A stretch of 64,000 bases of DNA from Giardia intestinalis (Eukaryota). The notes beneath the pieces are model-generated. The model searched no databases. It saw only the letters and a list, made by a program, of their open reading frames with translations, and was not told the origin of the DNA. This document shows, piece after piece, positions 1-8,800 of the stretch (positions are counted from its first letter, which is position 1; each line of letters begins with the position of its first letter). A program made the translations under genes and the position numbers. The DNA is taken from the NCBI GenBank assembly GCA_000002435.2, contig CM018791.1; one strand, given 5' to 3'.

Positions 1-1275
1 CGCATCTGTGTACGGCTCCAACAGATTGATAAACATGAGAGCTCTGTTTATGGAATCTTTCATGCGACCAACATTGGTAATAAAGTTAACTTCAAAGGTG
101 GTTAGATTCGTTGTTTTATAGTTAAAGACCTTTAGCTTAGCTGGTTGCGCTGACATTGAGCAATCATAGAGTGACGAGCCACCGAGATAGATGTTGACTA
201 TTGCTTCACCAATCCCCAGATAGTGAATCATGCGGAGAATTGTGCGTTGAAGAGTCAGAACAGACCCAGGTTCTTGATTGTCTTCTCGTGGCAATAGGAA
301 TGACTCACTTTCGTTCAAAATTTTGAAGTCCGCAACAACCGCTTTCTCCGCATCCGATGGCCGTGTGAATATAGTCATGTAATCGTTAAGAATGGTTATG
401 TGATGGGAATTGATGGAGTCAGTGTCTTTGATGTTAAAGGACCGCGTTTGTTTAAAGATTAAACTATTTCTAAATGAGTCAAAAGTAGTAGCATCCCCAG
501 TAAGAAGGAAGTTGGATGCCTGCGTAACAAAGCACTGCTTTAATTGATTCTCGAGATTGCGAACAGAAATTCGCTGATTGTCTGGAATGTCGAAGTTAGA
601 GGAGGCGCGTGAGATAAGGTCTGGTATCGATAAGACAGTGTGACCCATGGATATGCTGTTACTATGAGGGGCTATAGGCTGGGAAAAATCCAATGTTCCT
701 GCCAATTGAAGAAGAACATAGGCTTGGACAAGTCTGTTTTCTGCAATGCAAAGACGCACCTGTGCCTCAAGATTGCGGAAGGATACCAATGGAGTTAACG
801 ATAGAACGTCATCCCTAGCATCAGCTACAATCACAGCCTCTTGAGAGGAAGGTTGACCCATGGGTTCAGCCTCATGCCCTGTGATATCGCCCTCCGCTTC
901 ATTTAATTCACCAGATATACCCTGCACATTTCCATGCCTGTACTCCTTCTGCATAGCTGAGATCACTTGGGCACAAGATTGAGAGAGTTCTGATAGGCGT
1001 GCTTGACATGTAACACAATTGGCAATGAGGCCATTGAGACGGGTGACGGAGTGTCCCATGGAGTCTGCAGAACGCGACGCAGCTATTATCGTGGATAAAT
1101 CCGTTCCTGTTTCCTTCTTCTGGAGGTAGTCGGTATCTGCCTTCAGTCTATCAATGGCAGGGCCCAAGTGCTCTGCCTCTTTCCCATACTTTTTGAGGAA
1201 CTGGGTAAGAAACGCGTGTGCGCTAAAGTCAGGCGACGTGAAGTTTGCCTTTTGCAAAACTGCAAACACGTCCAT
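1..1275 (-). CDS. Partial CDS running off the left edge (N-terminal ~425 aa visible), hypothetical protein; ATG at 1275-1273 lies directly after the TAA of the upstream gene
   Basis: Reverse-strand translation from ATG 1275 (MDVFAVLQKANFTSPDFSAHAFLTQFLKKYGKEAEHLGPAIDRLK...) continues without a stop to position 1. No other ORF of 60 aa or more is listed in 1-1275 on any frame. Confidence 0.6.
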   Translation of the reverse strand, partial: MDVFAVLQKANFTSPDFSAHAFLTQFLKKYGKEAEHLGPAIDRLKADTDYLQKKETGTDLSTIIAASRSADSMGHSVTRLNGLIANCVTCQARLSELSQSCAQVISAMQKEYRHGNVQGISGELNEAEGDITGHEAEPMGQPSSQEAVIVADARDDVLSLTPLVSFRNLEAQVRLCIAENRLVQAYVLLQLAGTLDFSQPIAPHSNSISMGHTVLSIPDLISRASSNFDIPDNQRISVRNLENQLKQCFVTQASNFLLTGDATTFDSFRNSLIFKQTRSFNIKDTDSINSHHITILNDYMTIFTRPSDAEKAVVADFKILNESESFLLPREDNQEPGSVLTLQRTILRMIHYLGIGEAIVNIYLGGSSLYDCSMSAQPAKLKVFNYKTTNLTTFEVNFITNVGRMKDSINRALMFINLLEPYTDA

Positions 1276-3645
1276 TTATTCTTTTATTTCTATTCCCAGG
1301 TCGCCTGCACTGTCATCAGAAGGTCCATAGGAGTCAGATAGTTGCATCTGATCATCGCTCATAACAACCATGTATTTCTGTATTTCAAACTTGATCAATC
1401 CCCGCAGAGATTGATAGGATGTGCCGCTTCTGGCACCTCCACCAGTTCCAGATCGAGTCTGAGGCCGCTCCACGTGGGGCTCTCCCAGCTCATCAATGTT
1501 CTCGAGGTCTGCTGCTTCTTCCAAAGCTAGTATATTCAGTGCTTGGTTTCCAAACTTCAGGGCCTCGTGTGGGCTAACTACCAGAACAGAATCATAGCTC
1601 ACCCATCTAGCTGCGTGGGTCAACGCAGCCCAGCCATCTGCGTCAGTCATGTTACACTCAAAGGGAATAGTTATGTTCAGGGCCCTAGAATGATCATAAA
1701 TGGCACTAAACATGCTTGCAGTAAGCCCACATAAATTTTGACAACGCACTTGCCCCTCTATATGAACAAGTAGGTGAAGAGCATATAGATCGTCGAGGAT
1801 TGCTGCTCGCATGAGGGCAGTCTGCCCCTTATCATCTAGGGCGCCGTTGCACTCTGCTACGCAAACAGGATAAAAAGGCACTTGATGGATCATGGCAAAT
1901 GCTAGCTCCGAGGGCGTTCCCTTCTGCTTGCGCGTGCTGCTTTCATTGCCTCTATCATCCGCGGACTGTTGCGCAATTCCTCTGTGTTTAGACAGAGGCC
2001 GAAGCAAAGGTCGTGACATCGGCCTGTGAGATGCAGCACGGCTTTTGAAGGAAGCAGGTAGCCGGCCAGATGCATAGAAGTGGCGACCAGTCAAGTATTC
2101 CAGGTGCTTTGCCTCAAATATGTCTAACATAATCATAGCTTCATAGAAGGCAACTGCAGAATTGAGTTGGACAATACCGCACTCAAGAGCGGCTTGATAT
2201 GCATACAAAAAGCCCGGTGTCCCCCCATTCGTGTCTGGTCCCTTGCTTACGCGTGCACAGTTAATGCAGCACTCAGATGGAGCAAGCAGCAGCGCGACCT
2301 CCATCGCATTGGATATGGCCATGAAGCTTGGGAATTTCATCTGAAGAGACGCATAGTCCATGCTCTTCGATAAAGCATCTGCTGTCGCTGTCATAGAATG
2401 CTTCACGTGGTCCTCGTGGGGTAGTAGAGGCTGCCAGGGCATGGCCTGAGTCGCTGAGTATAATAGCCAACAGATTGAGCACGAGCCTATCAAGCAAGAC
2501 AGATTGTTACCTGTCATGTTAACTTGAAGCCTCGCTGTTGATATGTACTCTACCGAATGCTGAAGATGATACAAGTGGAAAGACTGAATAGCTAAGGAAT
2601 ATAGCTTGGGCACAAACACAGCGAGGTTGTGAAGGAAAGAAAGGTCTGCTGCATGCTCAACCAGTGTTTCAAGGGACAGCAGGAAGCACGACTTTGCGTC
2701 TTGATGATGGTGCCCAGCACAGACCCGGGACAGAAGTCTCACATGCGCAACATCCCCTGCAGCGACTGCCCTATGAAGAGGATAGATGCTGTATCCATTC
2801 TGTGACACAATGTGCATCCCTCGCCTGATGTAGGACGTTGCCATCATACTGCGATAGTATTCGTTAGCTTTCAGAGAGCTAAGTCTTCTGTCTGCATCTT
2901 TGCATGTTACCAAATGATAGAGAGCATTAGAGTAGATTGTACAGAGCTTTAAATTGGACAGTTCCTCCTTTAAGCTGAGGCGCTTCTCGTGCTTATAGCT
3001 AGCTTCTCGATTAAAGAAAGTTAATGAGAGTAATAGCTTTCCTAGCTGGTAGAACACATAGTCCTCTAGGGCACTCAGGTTATGAGTAAAGCCAAGAGGG
3101 TGCTCAGAGATGCTAGAGAGTGTATCATAGTCTACATACCTTTTTAGATCAAGCTGAACACGCAGAATGCCATAGTTATCCAATCTTAGGCATGCTATAT
3201 CAATGATGTTATCAAGAAGAGTCTTGATGGCATCGTGAGAAAGAAAGATTCTTTTGTCAGTGTACTCAGACAATACATAACTAAGCAGCTCCACTAGATC
3301 CGTGTATAAAAAGGACAGGACAGCACTCGAGAACGGATCCTTAGCAGGAATGGCATACTTCGTGGCCACGGTCTTATCTAGAGCTAGGTCAAGTCGTCGT
3401 TTCAAAGACGGCTGCAGAGTATATCCAGAAAAAACTCGTGATGGTCCCTTGTTCTCTAGCTGGATAGTGTATATAGGAGCTAAGCTGGGGTGCCTTATGG
3501 TCGCAAGAGCGGTGACAAGGTCTCTAGATATATATGGAAGAGAAGTCATATGGACCAGAACACCCGATACGCGACTTATCATAAGCGATCCACCATCACG
3601 CACCCCCCGGACAAACAGGACAGGTGCTATGTTGGCTTCCCGCAT
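1276..3645 (-). CDS. Ankyrin-repeat containing protein (789 aa), hypothetical
   Basis: Long ORF with ATG at 3645. The C-terminal half has ankyrin-like repeats (YPLHRAVAAGDVAHVRLL, GQTALMRAAILDDLYALHLLV, DADGWAALTHAARWVSYDSVLVV). Confidence 0.7.
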   Translation of the reverse strand: MREANIAPVLFVRGVRDGGSLMISRVSGVLVHMTSLPYISRDLVTALATIRHPSLAPIYTIQLENKGPSRVFSGYTLQPSLKRRLDLALDKTVATKYAIPAKDPFSSAVLSFLYTDLVELLSYVLSEYTDKRIFLSHDAIKTLLDNIIDIACLRLDNYGILRVQLDLKRYVDYDTLSSISEHPLGFTHNLSALEDYVFYQLGKLLLSLTFFNREASYKHEKRLSLKEELSNLKLCTIYSNALYHLVTCKDADRRLSSLKANEYYRSMMATSYIRRGMHIVSQNGYSIYPLHRAVAAGDVAHVRLLSRVCAGHHHQDAKSCFLLSLETLVEHAADLSFLHNLAVFVPKLYSLAIQSFHLYHLQHSVEYISTARLQVNMTGNNLSCLIGSCSICWLLYSATQAMPWQPLLPHEDHVKHSMTATADALSKSMDYASLQMKFPSFMAISNAMEVALLLAPSECCINCARVSKGPDTNGGTPGFLYAYQAALECGIVQLNSAVAFYEAMIMLDIFEAKHLEYLTGRHFYASGRLPASFKSRAASHRPMSRPLLRPLSKHRGIAQQSADDRGNESSTRKQKGTPSELAFAMIHQVPFYPVCVAECNGALDDKGQTALMRAAILDDLYALHLLVHIEGQVRCQNLCGLTASMFSAIYDHSRALNITIPFECNMTDADGWAALTHAARWVSYDSVLVVSPHEALKFGNQALNILALEEAADLENIDELGEPHVERPQTRSGTGGGARSGTSYQSLRGLIKFEIQKYMVVMSDDQMQLSDSYGPSDDSAGDLGIEIKE

Positions 3646-3669
3646 CTCTGTGTTCCTTTAAAATACTTT
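3646..3669. promoter_or_regulatory. Minimal bidirectional promoter region between divergent genes (24 bp, AT-rich: ttaaaatacttt)
   Basis: The minus-gene ATG is at 3645 and the first non-overlapping plus-gene ATG is at 3670. Giardia-type short AT-rich initiators sit directly upstream of ATGs. Confidence 0.45.
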
Positions 3670-6600
3670 ATGGCCCTCGACAGCTGCCAACTCTTACTTT
3701 TGGCGCTGCAATCCGTGACAGAGTTACCGCCTTCTGCGAAACAGAACGAACTGTTACTCGGCATCTATGACTCAATACCAGATGGCGACCGTGGCAGCGT
3801 CATTTCAAAAGTCCTTGACAGCTGTGAGGAAAAGGCTGCTTTGGCTCTTTGTACCGCTATTCCTGATGTCGTGTATCTTGATACTGATATCCTCAAGCGT
3901 ACTACTTATCTTGTATCGCGTGCTCTTTCACAGGGCAAGGTTTCCTTTCTGGTTGTTCCCGATGTATTCAATCCGGAAAGCGCAGCTCGCGATTGTATAC
4001 TGTCCGTTGCATACTTTGTTTTGAAGGACCCCGTGTCCATTGCATTGTATTCGAATCTCTTCTCAGTGTTTCTAGAGGACTACGCAGCCTCAGCAAACGA
4101 AGTTTCGCACATTGCTACTATTCACGATCCTCTTCCTTCAATTGGCCTGCATCTAGCCGAGGCAGCAACCTCTGCTCTTCGAATATTGGAGCCAACACAC
4201 CTTATTCTGGTGCTTGCTGCCTGGTATTCTGCCACTAGATCATCACTACTACCCCCTTCTGTTTGCAATGGTCTAGAGACGCTCTATAGACAGGTATCAT
4301 CTGCTGAGCTATTTGACTCTATCGACCCCAAAATCGCTCTGGCTAGTTGTGACTTACTCTTAGATTTACTATCACTAATCTTAAAGAACGAAGGCCTGGA
4401 CCACGTGGTTGGATATTTGAACCCGCAGATAAAAGCATGCAGGCATTTGGAATTGATCTCTTCTTTGCTTTCTCTTGCAGGCTGTCTTTTACCATCTCTG
4501 CTTAAAAACCAAGCTATTGACTGCAAGCCTATTCATTCGCTCATCTCTATGTCTGCATACATTGTGGGCTTGGGATCGTCAGCTGCAGTCAAGCGCATAG
4601 CTCCTTTTCTTAAGGTTGTGTTACCAATTTATGGAGTTGACGCCACCTTTTCCACTGCGCTTTTGATGCTTCTCGACTCAATTGAGTCTGCTAGTAGTTT
4701 GCACCTTGTCATCCCTGCCTTTCAGCGGTTTGGTCCACAGCTGTTTTCATATATGAATAGTGCCAATGGAACTAACCAGGCTTCCTTAGAACAATCTCCA
4801 ATCTTGCTACTTTTATATAATTTTTTACACAGGGCTATGACACTCACACTTCTTCCCATACGGCGCTTTTATTTGCATATTTTACCCTTGATAGCAATCG
4901 GATTTATATCAACCTTTAAGGTTCCTACGACTCTTTTTAGACCTCTCTTCATGGCTTGCAGCATGCTCCCAGCGATTTCAGGGGTCCAAGAGCAACGATT
5001 TGCTCGGAGTGATAACGCTCGTAAGAGGATTGCTCAAGAGCGAAACCGTAGTCTTCACGTTCCAGCTGAAGAAAAAGATCATATCATCGATCAAACCATT
5101 TCCACCCCATATCAACTATTTGGCAATTGCGTCTTTCTCTCCCCAGATACTGACTATCAGGCAACTCCGTTTGAAGACAGGGATATAGAGGACATTTTTC
5201 CTCTCACGGACGCTTTCATGTCCTCTGTCTCCTCCGCTATTGATGAAACACTTGAGAATATTGCGATCGGATACTACGCCTTGGCTAAGAAATACAACAA
5301 CCTCTGCGTCGGCTCGCCTTTGGTGACAGATAATACAGTGTATCGAGCGGTTGTCTCACAAATGCTGTTACAATCGGTGTCGTGTAGGCAGGATCCTATT
5401 ATCTCACTTTCAAATCTCTGCGTTATTATTGGTGCAGCCAATGCATACACCTTCCCGAGCGTCCTCTTTGTTGTCATCAATTCTGCAGTATCGATTATTG
5501 AGTCTTGTCTTTCTACTTACACAGATGGACTAACTGCCTCGAGTAGTTCGAATACCATTGGTGAGTCGGACACCTACGTTGTTCCGGATGATCTTTCTAC
5601 CAAGGCTCTAGAGTCATTCAAGCAGCTTTATTATTCTGTTCTAAACGTTAATCGCATTCATAGACCGTTCTTTATGACAATCTTATTCAAATTAGCACTC
5701 TCCTTGTCACAGCTGTGCAATTTTATGCCATCTGATATCATGACAAGCTTTATGCATCAAGCATTTCAGCTCACCACCTTTCCACAGGACTCCGCTATTC
5801 TTACCAAGTGGGTAGCGCTAGCAGAGCAAAGAAGACTATCTACCCTTGATTTACTCGTCACCCTCTTTCTTTGTGTCCTCTGCAAAAGACCCATCCCCGC
5901 TCTGAAGCAACCTATTATAGATATCTTGAGTGTAGATGAATCGTTCTACTCACTTCTCGGTGATGTAGAGCATCCATCTATGGTAGAGCTGCTCCAGAGA
6001 GCACCAGACTACGTCGGTGAGCTTGTTAGTCTATTGCATAGTAACCTTTCGTGCACAGTCGTATTGAAGGGCGCGCTTAATATTCTAAGATATGGGTACA
6101 GAACAAAGACACCGTCAGATTCAATGCTCGTCCTCCACTCTGACGTTTGGTCAATGATTGCCCCAGACATTCCATTCCTGTCCCCGCTTATCATGAAACA
6201 CATTCCTAACCCAGATCATCGAGGGCTAGCATTCGCTTTGAACAACCTTTCACTGGAAACCATTTCCTATCAGCTTTGCTCCAACACTAATGGAGCTAAT
6301 GCCTTTATAGATGTTGTACGCAGTCTTATGGATGATTGGGAAGCTTTTTCAGAAACGCATACGGCTTCCTTCTTTGGTATGCTAAGTGACATATGCTTGG
6401 TTTGCACGAGAACTATGCATCGATTGCGCAATGATAAGACACTGGTAGAGCGCTTGGAGCAGCTCATTTGCGAAGTCTGTGAGACAGTATTTCAGACTGC
6501 GAACAACGAGGTAAGTGGGTGTGCAAAGGGTATGTACTTTCACTTGGTCTCTAAAGTACTTTTCAGCGAACATGTTATTGATGCACTCTGGCTACTGCAC

Positions 6601-8745
6601 ATCTCGAACTCCGTACACTATCCTCGACTGCTGCTAGTGGTTAAACGGTTCTTCACAGGTGTATACCTGTTTAGTTCGTTGAGCCCGGTGTATTCAGCGT
6701 CGATACTAACACCCTTGGTTTCTAGCATACATTCCTTAATATTTAACCGTGCTGATACATTGGTTAGAAGTTGCTTTGTCAAGACAGAGCTACTGGATAT
6801 GATTCTGTGCTTAGCTCTATATATACCATATGATGGCACGTACTATGAAGTAGAAGATGCTTCCTCTATCGTTGTCCAAACAGGATTGATACGCTATTAT
6901 GAACAGGTTGATAAATCTGAGTGTGTCTCGGACACCTCATTTTTTGCTGATTATAGAGTACGAAAAGCAGCAATCGGGCTTCTCCAGACGCTGGCATGCC
7001 ATACTTCACCCATTGGGCTGATACTTTCGCTTTTAACGAAGAACATGGAACCATCCAAAGAGGCCTTGGACGACCGCAGAAACAACCTTTTGAAAGAAAA
7101 GCCATTAGACATTAGAAAGGGCAGGGGGCAGATTGATGTGTCAGGATTGCCAGATTGCATGTTCAACGATGTGTACACGCTCCTGTTTATCCCTCTTCTT
7201 GAACCACAAAGGGAGCTTTCAATGCTTTCATCTGTATCACAGTTAAAGCACGTGACGCTCCTACGCATACTTAGAATGCTTGCAAGCATAACGTACCACA
7301 ACAAACCATACAACATACAGAACTCTGAATCAGCGGAAACCACTCTATCTAATGCAATCTTGATGCTCAGTGAACGGCTATCACTACCGTGTTGGGCACG
7401 GCGCTCCCGTGAGATCTGGGAACAAGTACTTGTGCTATTGATCGTATCGTCATCACGCCCGTTGCTCACTATACAACGGGCATTTCCTCTCCTATCATCG
7501 CGGAAGGCTTTTACCGATAAATTCACACACCTACAGTCCCACTTAATTGTTACATGCAACACCATATGTATAGTGCTAGATAAGTGGATAACATGTGCGC
7601 TGGAGCAAGCTAGCAATGTATGTCATGATAAGTTTACCAACATCCCAGATTACCATGCCTATCAAATGTGCCTCCGAGAACTTGTGCCCTACGCCCTAAG
7701 CCCTGTCCATAGCCTGCGTGTAATAGCCCAGTCCTTTTTCTTGCGAATGTGGAGTAAGGGGAAACTCCTGACAGAAGCCATGCGTGCCAATAATGTGCCC
7801 GGTCACTCATTCATTAACAAGGCTCTTTTGGCTGTCAGTGTCTCGTCTTCCCTACTAGACATTTTCAAAATGTTCCTGGAGTCTACAGAGGTAGCCAAGA
7901 AGTATGCTTCTTTGCTGGATTTATTAGATCCACGCACTGAGGCACTATGTATGACATCCGCAGCGGCGTATGTTGATACGTCTTATCCTACACCAAATGT
8001 TTCTGCTGTTGCTGGAAACGTCGTCACAACTCTAGACAAAGCTGCGTCCGAAGACACCAATTACAAGAAGATGATAACCTACGCACTAGCGTCGCTAGAC
8101 TTAGGCCCACAAGGTCATGAACAATTGGAGGATCACACCAAGCATGAAGCTATGTGGACAGAGTCTTATAAGCCTTGTGATGTGCCGCATGAGGGCAACT
8201 GCCAGCAAAAAATACACTCTGCTAAGAAAGATGGGCACAAATTAGTTGACCAATCCAGCAACTTAAAATCCAGCAACTTAATAATTAACGCATCACTACT
8301 TGACAAGACTACTAACTTAGGAGGACTGGCCCGCACAGCAGAGGTGTTTGGTCTGGACACCCTTGTATTGGGTAACACATCTTTTGCACTTGATCCTTCG
8401 TTCAAAGCCATGAGCATGACGGCTGATATGTGGCTTAACATTGAAGAAGTTCAACCATGCAATCTTGTGCAGTGGATTGCTGAGAAGAAAAAAGACGACT
8501 ACAGTGTGGTATGCCTTGAACAAAGCAGCAGATCTGTGTACCTGCAGGATGCAGATTTGCCACGAAAAGCTGTCCTAGTCCTGGGAAATGAGAGAAAAGG
8601 ATGTCCAGAAGAAATCCTGAGTCTCTGTGATATGACTGTGGAAATCCAGCAACTAGGGAATATTCGATCCCTAAATGTGCACGTGAGCTGTGCAATCTTC
8701 GTTTGGAAATGGGCTTGTCAGCATAGATTTTCTACCGCGGATTAA
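3670..8745 (+). CDS. Trm3/TARBP1-like protein: large helical (HEAT/ARM-like) N-terminal region plus C-terminal SpoU/TrmH-type RNA 2'-O-methyltransferase domain (~1691 aa from the ATG at 3670; the ORF track starts at a GTG at 3490)
   Basis: The C-terminus carries SPOUT class motifs: GLARTAEVFGLDTLVLG, LVLGNERKGCPEEIL, IQQLGNIRSLNVHVSCAIFVW. The domain architecture matches yeast Trm3 and human TARBP1. The start was moved to ATG 3670 to avoid overlapping the divergent gene. Confidence 0.75.
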   Translation: MALDSCQLLLLALQSVTELPPSAKQNELLLGIYDSIPDGDRGSVISKVLDSCEEKAALALCTAIPDVVYLDTDILKRTTYLVSRALSQGKVSFLVVPDVFNPESAARDCILSVAYFVLKDPVSIALYSNLFSVFLEDYAASANEVSHIATIHDPLPSIGLHLAEAATSALRILEPTHLILVLAAWYSATRSSLLPPSVCNGLETLYRQVSSAELFDSIDPKIALASCDLLLDLLSLILKNEGLDHVVGYLNPQIKACRHLELISSLLSLAGCLLPSLLKNQAIDCKPIHSLISMSAYIVGLGSSAAVKRIAPFLKVVLPIYGVDATFSTALLMLLDSIESASSLHLVIPAFQRFGPQLFSYMNSANGTNQASLEQSPILLLLYNFLHRAMTLTLLPIRRFYLHILPLIAIGFISTFKVPTTLFRPLFMACSMLPAISGVQEQRFARSDNARKRIAQERNRSLHVPAEEKDHIIDQTISTPYQLFGNCVFLSPDTDYQATPFEDRDIEDIFPLTDAFMSSVSSAIDETLENIAIGYYALAKKYNNLCVGSPLVTDNTVYRAVVSQMLLQSVSCRQDPIISLSNLCVIIGAANAYTFPSVLFVVINSAVSIIESCLSTYTDGLTASSSSNTIGESDTYVVPDDLSTKALESFKQLYYSVLNVNRIHRPFFMTILFKLALSLSQLCNFMPSDIMTSFMHQAFQLTTFPQDSAILTKWVALAEQRRLSTLDLLVTLFLCVLCKRPIPALKQPIIDILSVDESFYSLLGDVEHPSMVELLQRAPDYVGELVSLLHSNLSCTVVLKGALNILRYGYRTKTPSDSMLVLHSDVWSMIAPDIPFLSPLIMKHIPNPDHRGLAFALNNLSLETISYQLCSNTNGANAFIDVVRSLMDDWEAFSETHTASFFGMLSDICLVCTRTMHRLRNDKTLVERLEQLICEVCETVFQTANNEVSGCAKGMYFHLVSKVLFSEHVIDALWLLHISNSVHYPRLLLVVKRFFTGVYLFSSLSPVYSASILTPLVSSIHSLIFNRADTLVRSCFVKTELLDMILCLALYIPYDGTYYEVEDASSIVVQTGLIRYYEQVDKSECVSDTSFFADYRVRKAAIGLLQTLACHTSPIGLILSLLTKNMEPSKEALDDRRNNLLKEKPLDIRKGRGQIDVSGLPDCMFNDVYTLLFIPLLEPQRELSMLSSVSQLKHVTLLRILRMLASITYHNKPYNIQNSESAETTLSNAILMLSERLSLPCWARRSREIWEQVLVLLIVSSSRPLLTIQRAFPLLSSRKAFTDKFTHLQSHLIVTCNTICIVLDKWITCALEQASNVCHDKFTNIPDYHAYQMCLRELVPYALSPVHSLRVIAQSFFLRMWSKGKLLTEAMRANNVPGHSFINKALLAVSVSSSLLDIFKMFLESTEVAKKYASLLDLLDPRTEALCMTSAAAYVDTSYPTPNVSAVAGNVVTTLDKAASEDTNYKKMITYALASLDLGPQGHEQLEDHTKHEAMWTESYKPCDVPHEGNCQQKIHSAKKDGHKLVDQSSNLKSSNLIINASLLDKTTNLGGLARTAEVFGLDTLVLGNTSFALDPSFKAMSMTADMWLNIEEVQPCNLVQWIAEKKKDDYSVVCLEQSSRSVYLQDADLPRKAVLVLGNERKGCPEEILSLCDMTVEIQQLGNIRSLNVHVSCAIFVWKWACQHRFSTAD

Positions 8746-8800
8746 GAGGTTTGAGCTTCCATAGTCTGCAATGTAGGTAACAGTGTGCTCATGCAGAGCT

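Noticed and set aside
3490-3669. GTG/ATG starts at 3490 and 3550 for the Trm3-like gene
   Set aside because: They would overlap the divergent 789-aa gene (its ATG is at 3645). ATG 3670 gives a non-overlapping arrangement with an AT-rich leader. The ORF track evidently accepts non-ATG starts.
6951-7616. 221-aa minus-strand ORF (and many 60-130-aa ORFs) nested antisense inside large genes
   Set aside because: They lie fully inside longer, motif-supported ORFs on the opposite strand, show low-complexity composition, and lack start-proximal AT-rich initiators. They are treated as spurious.
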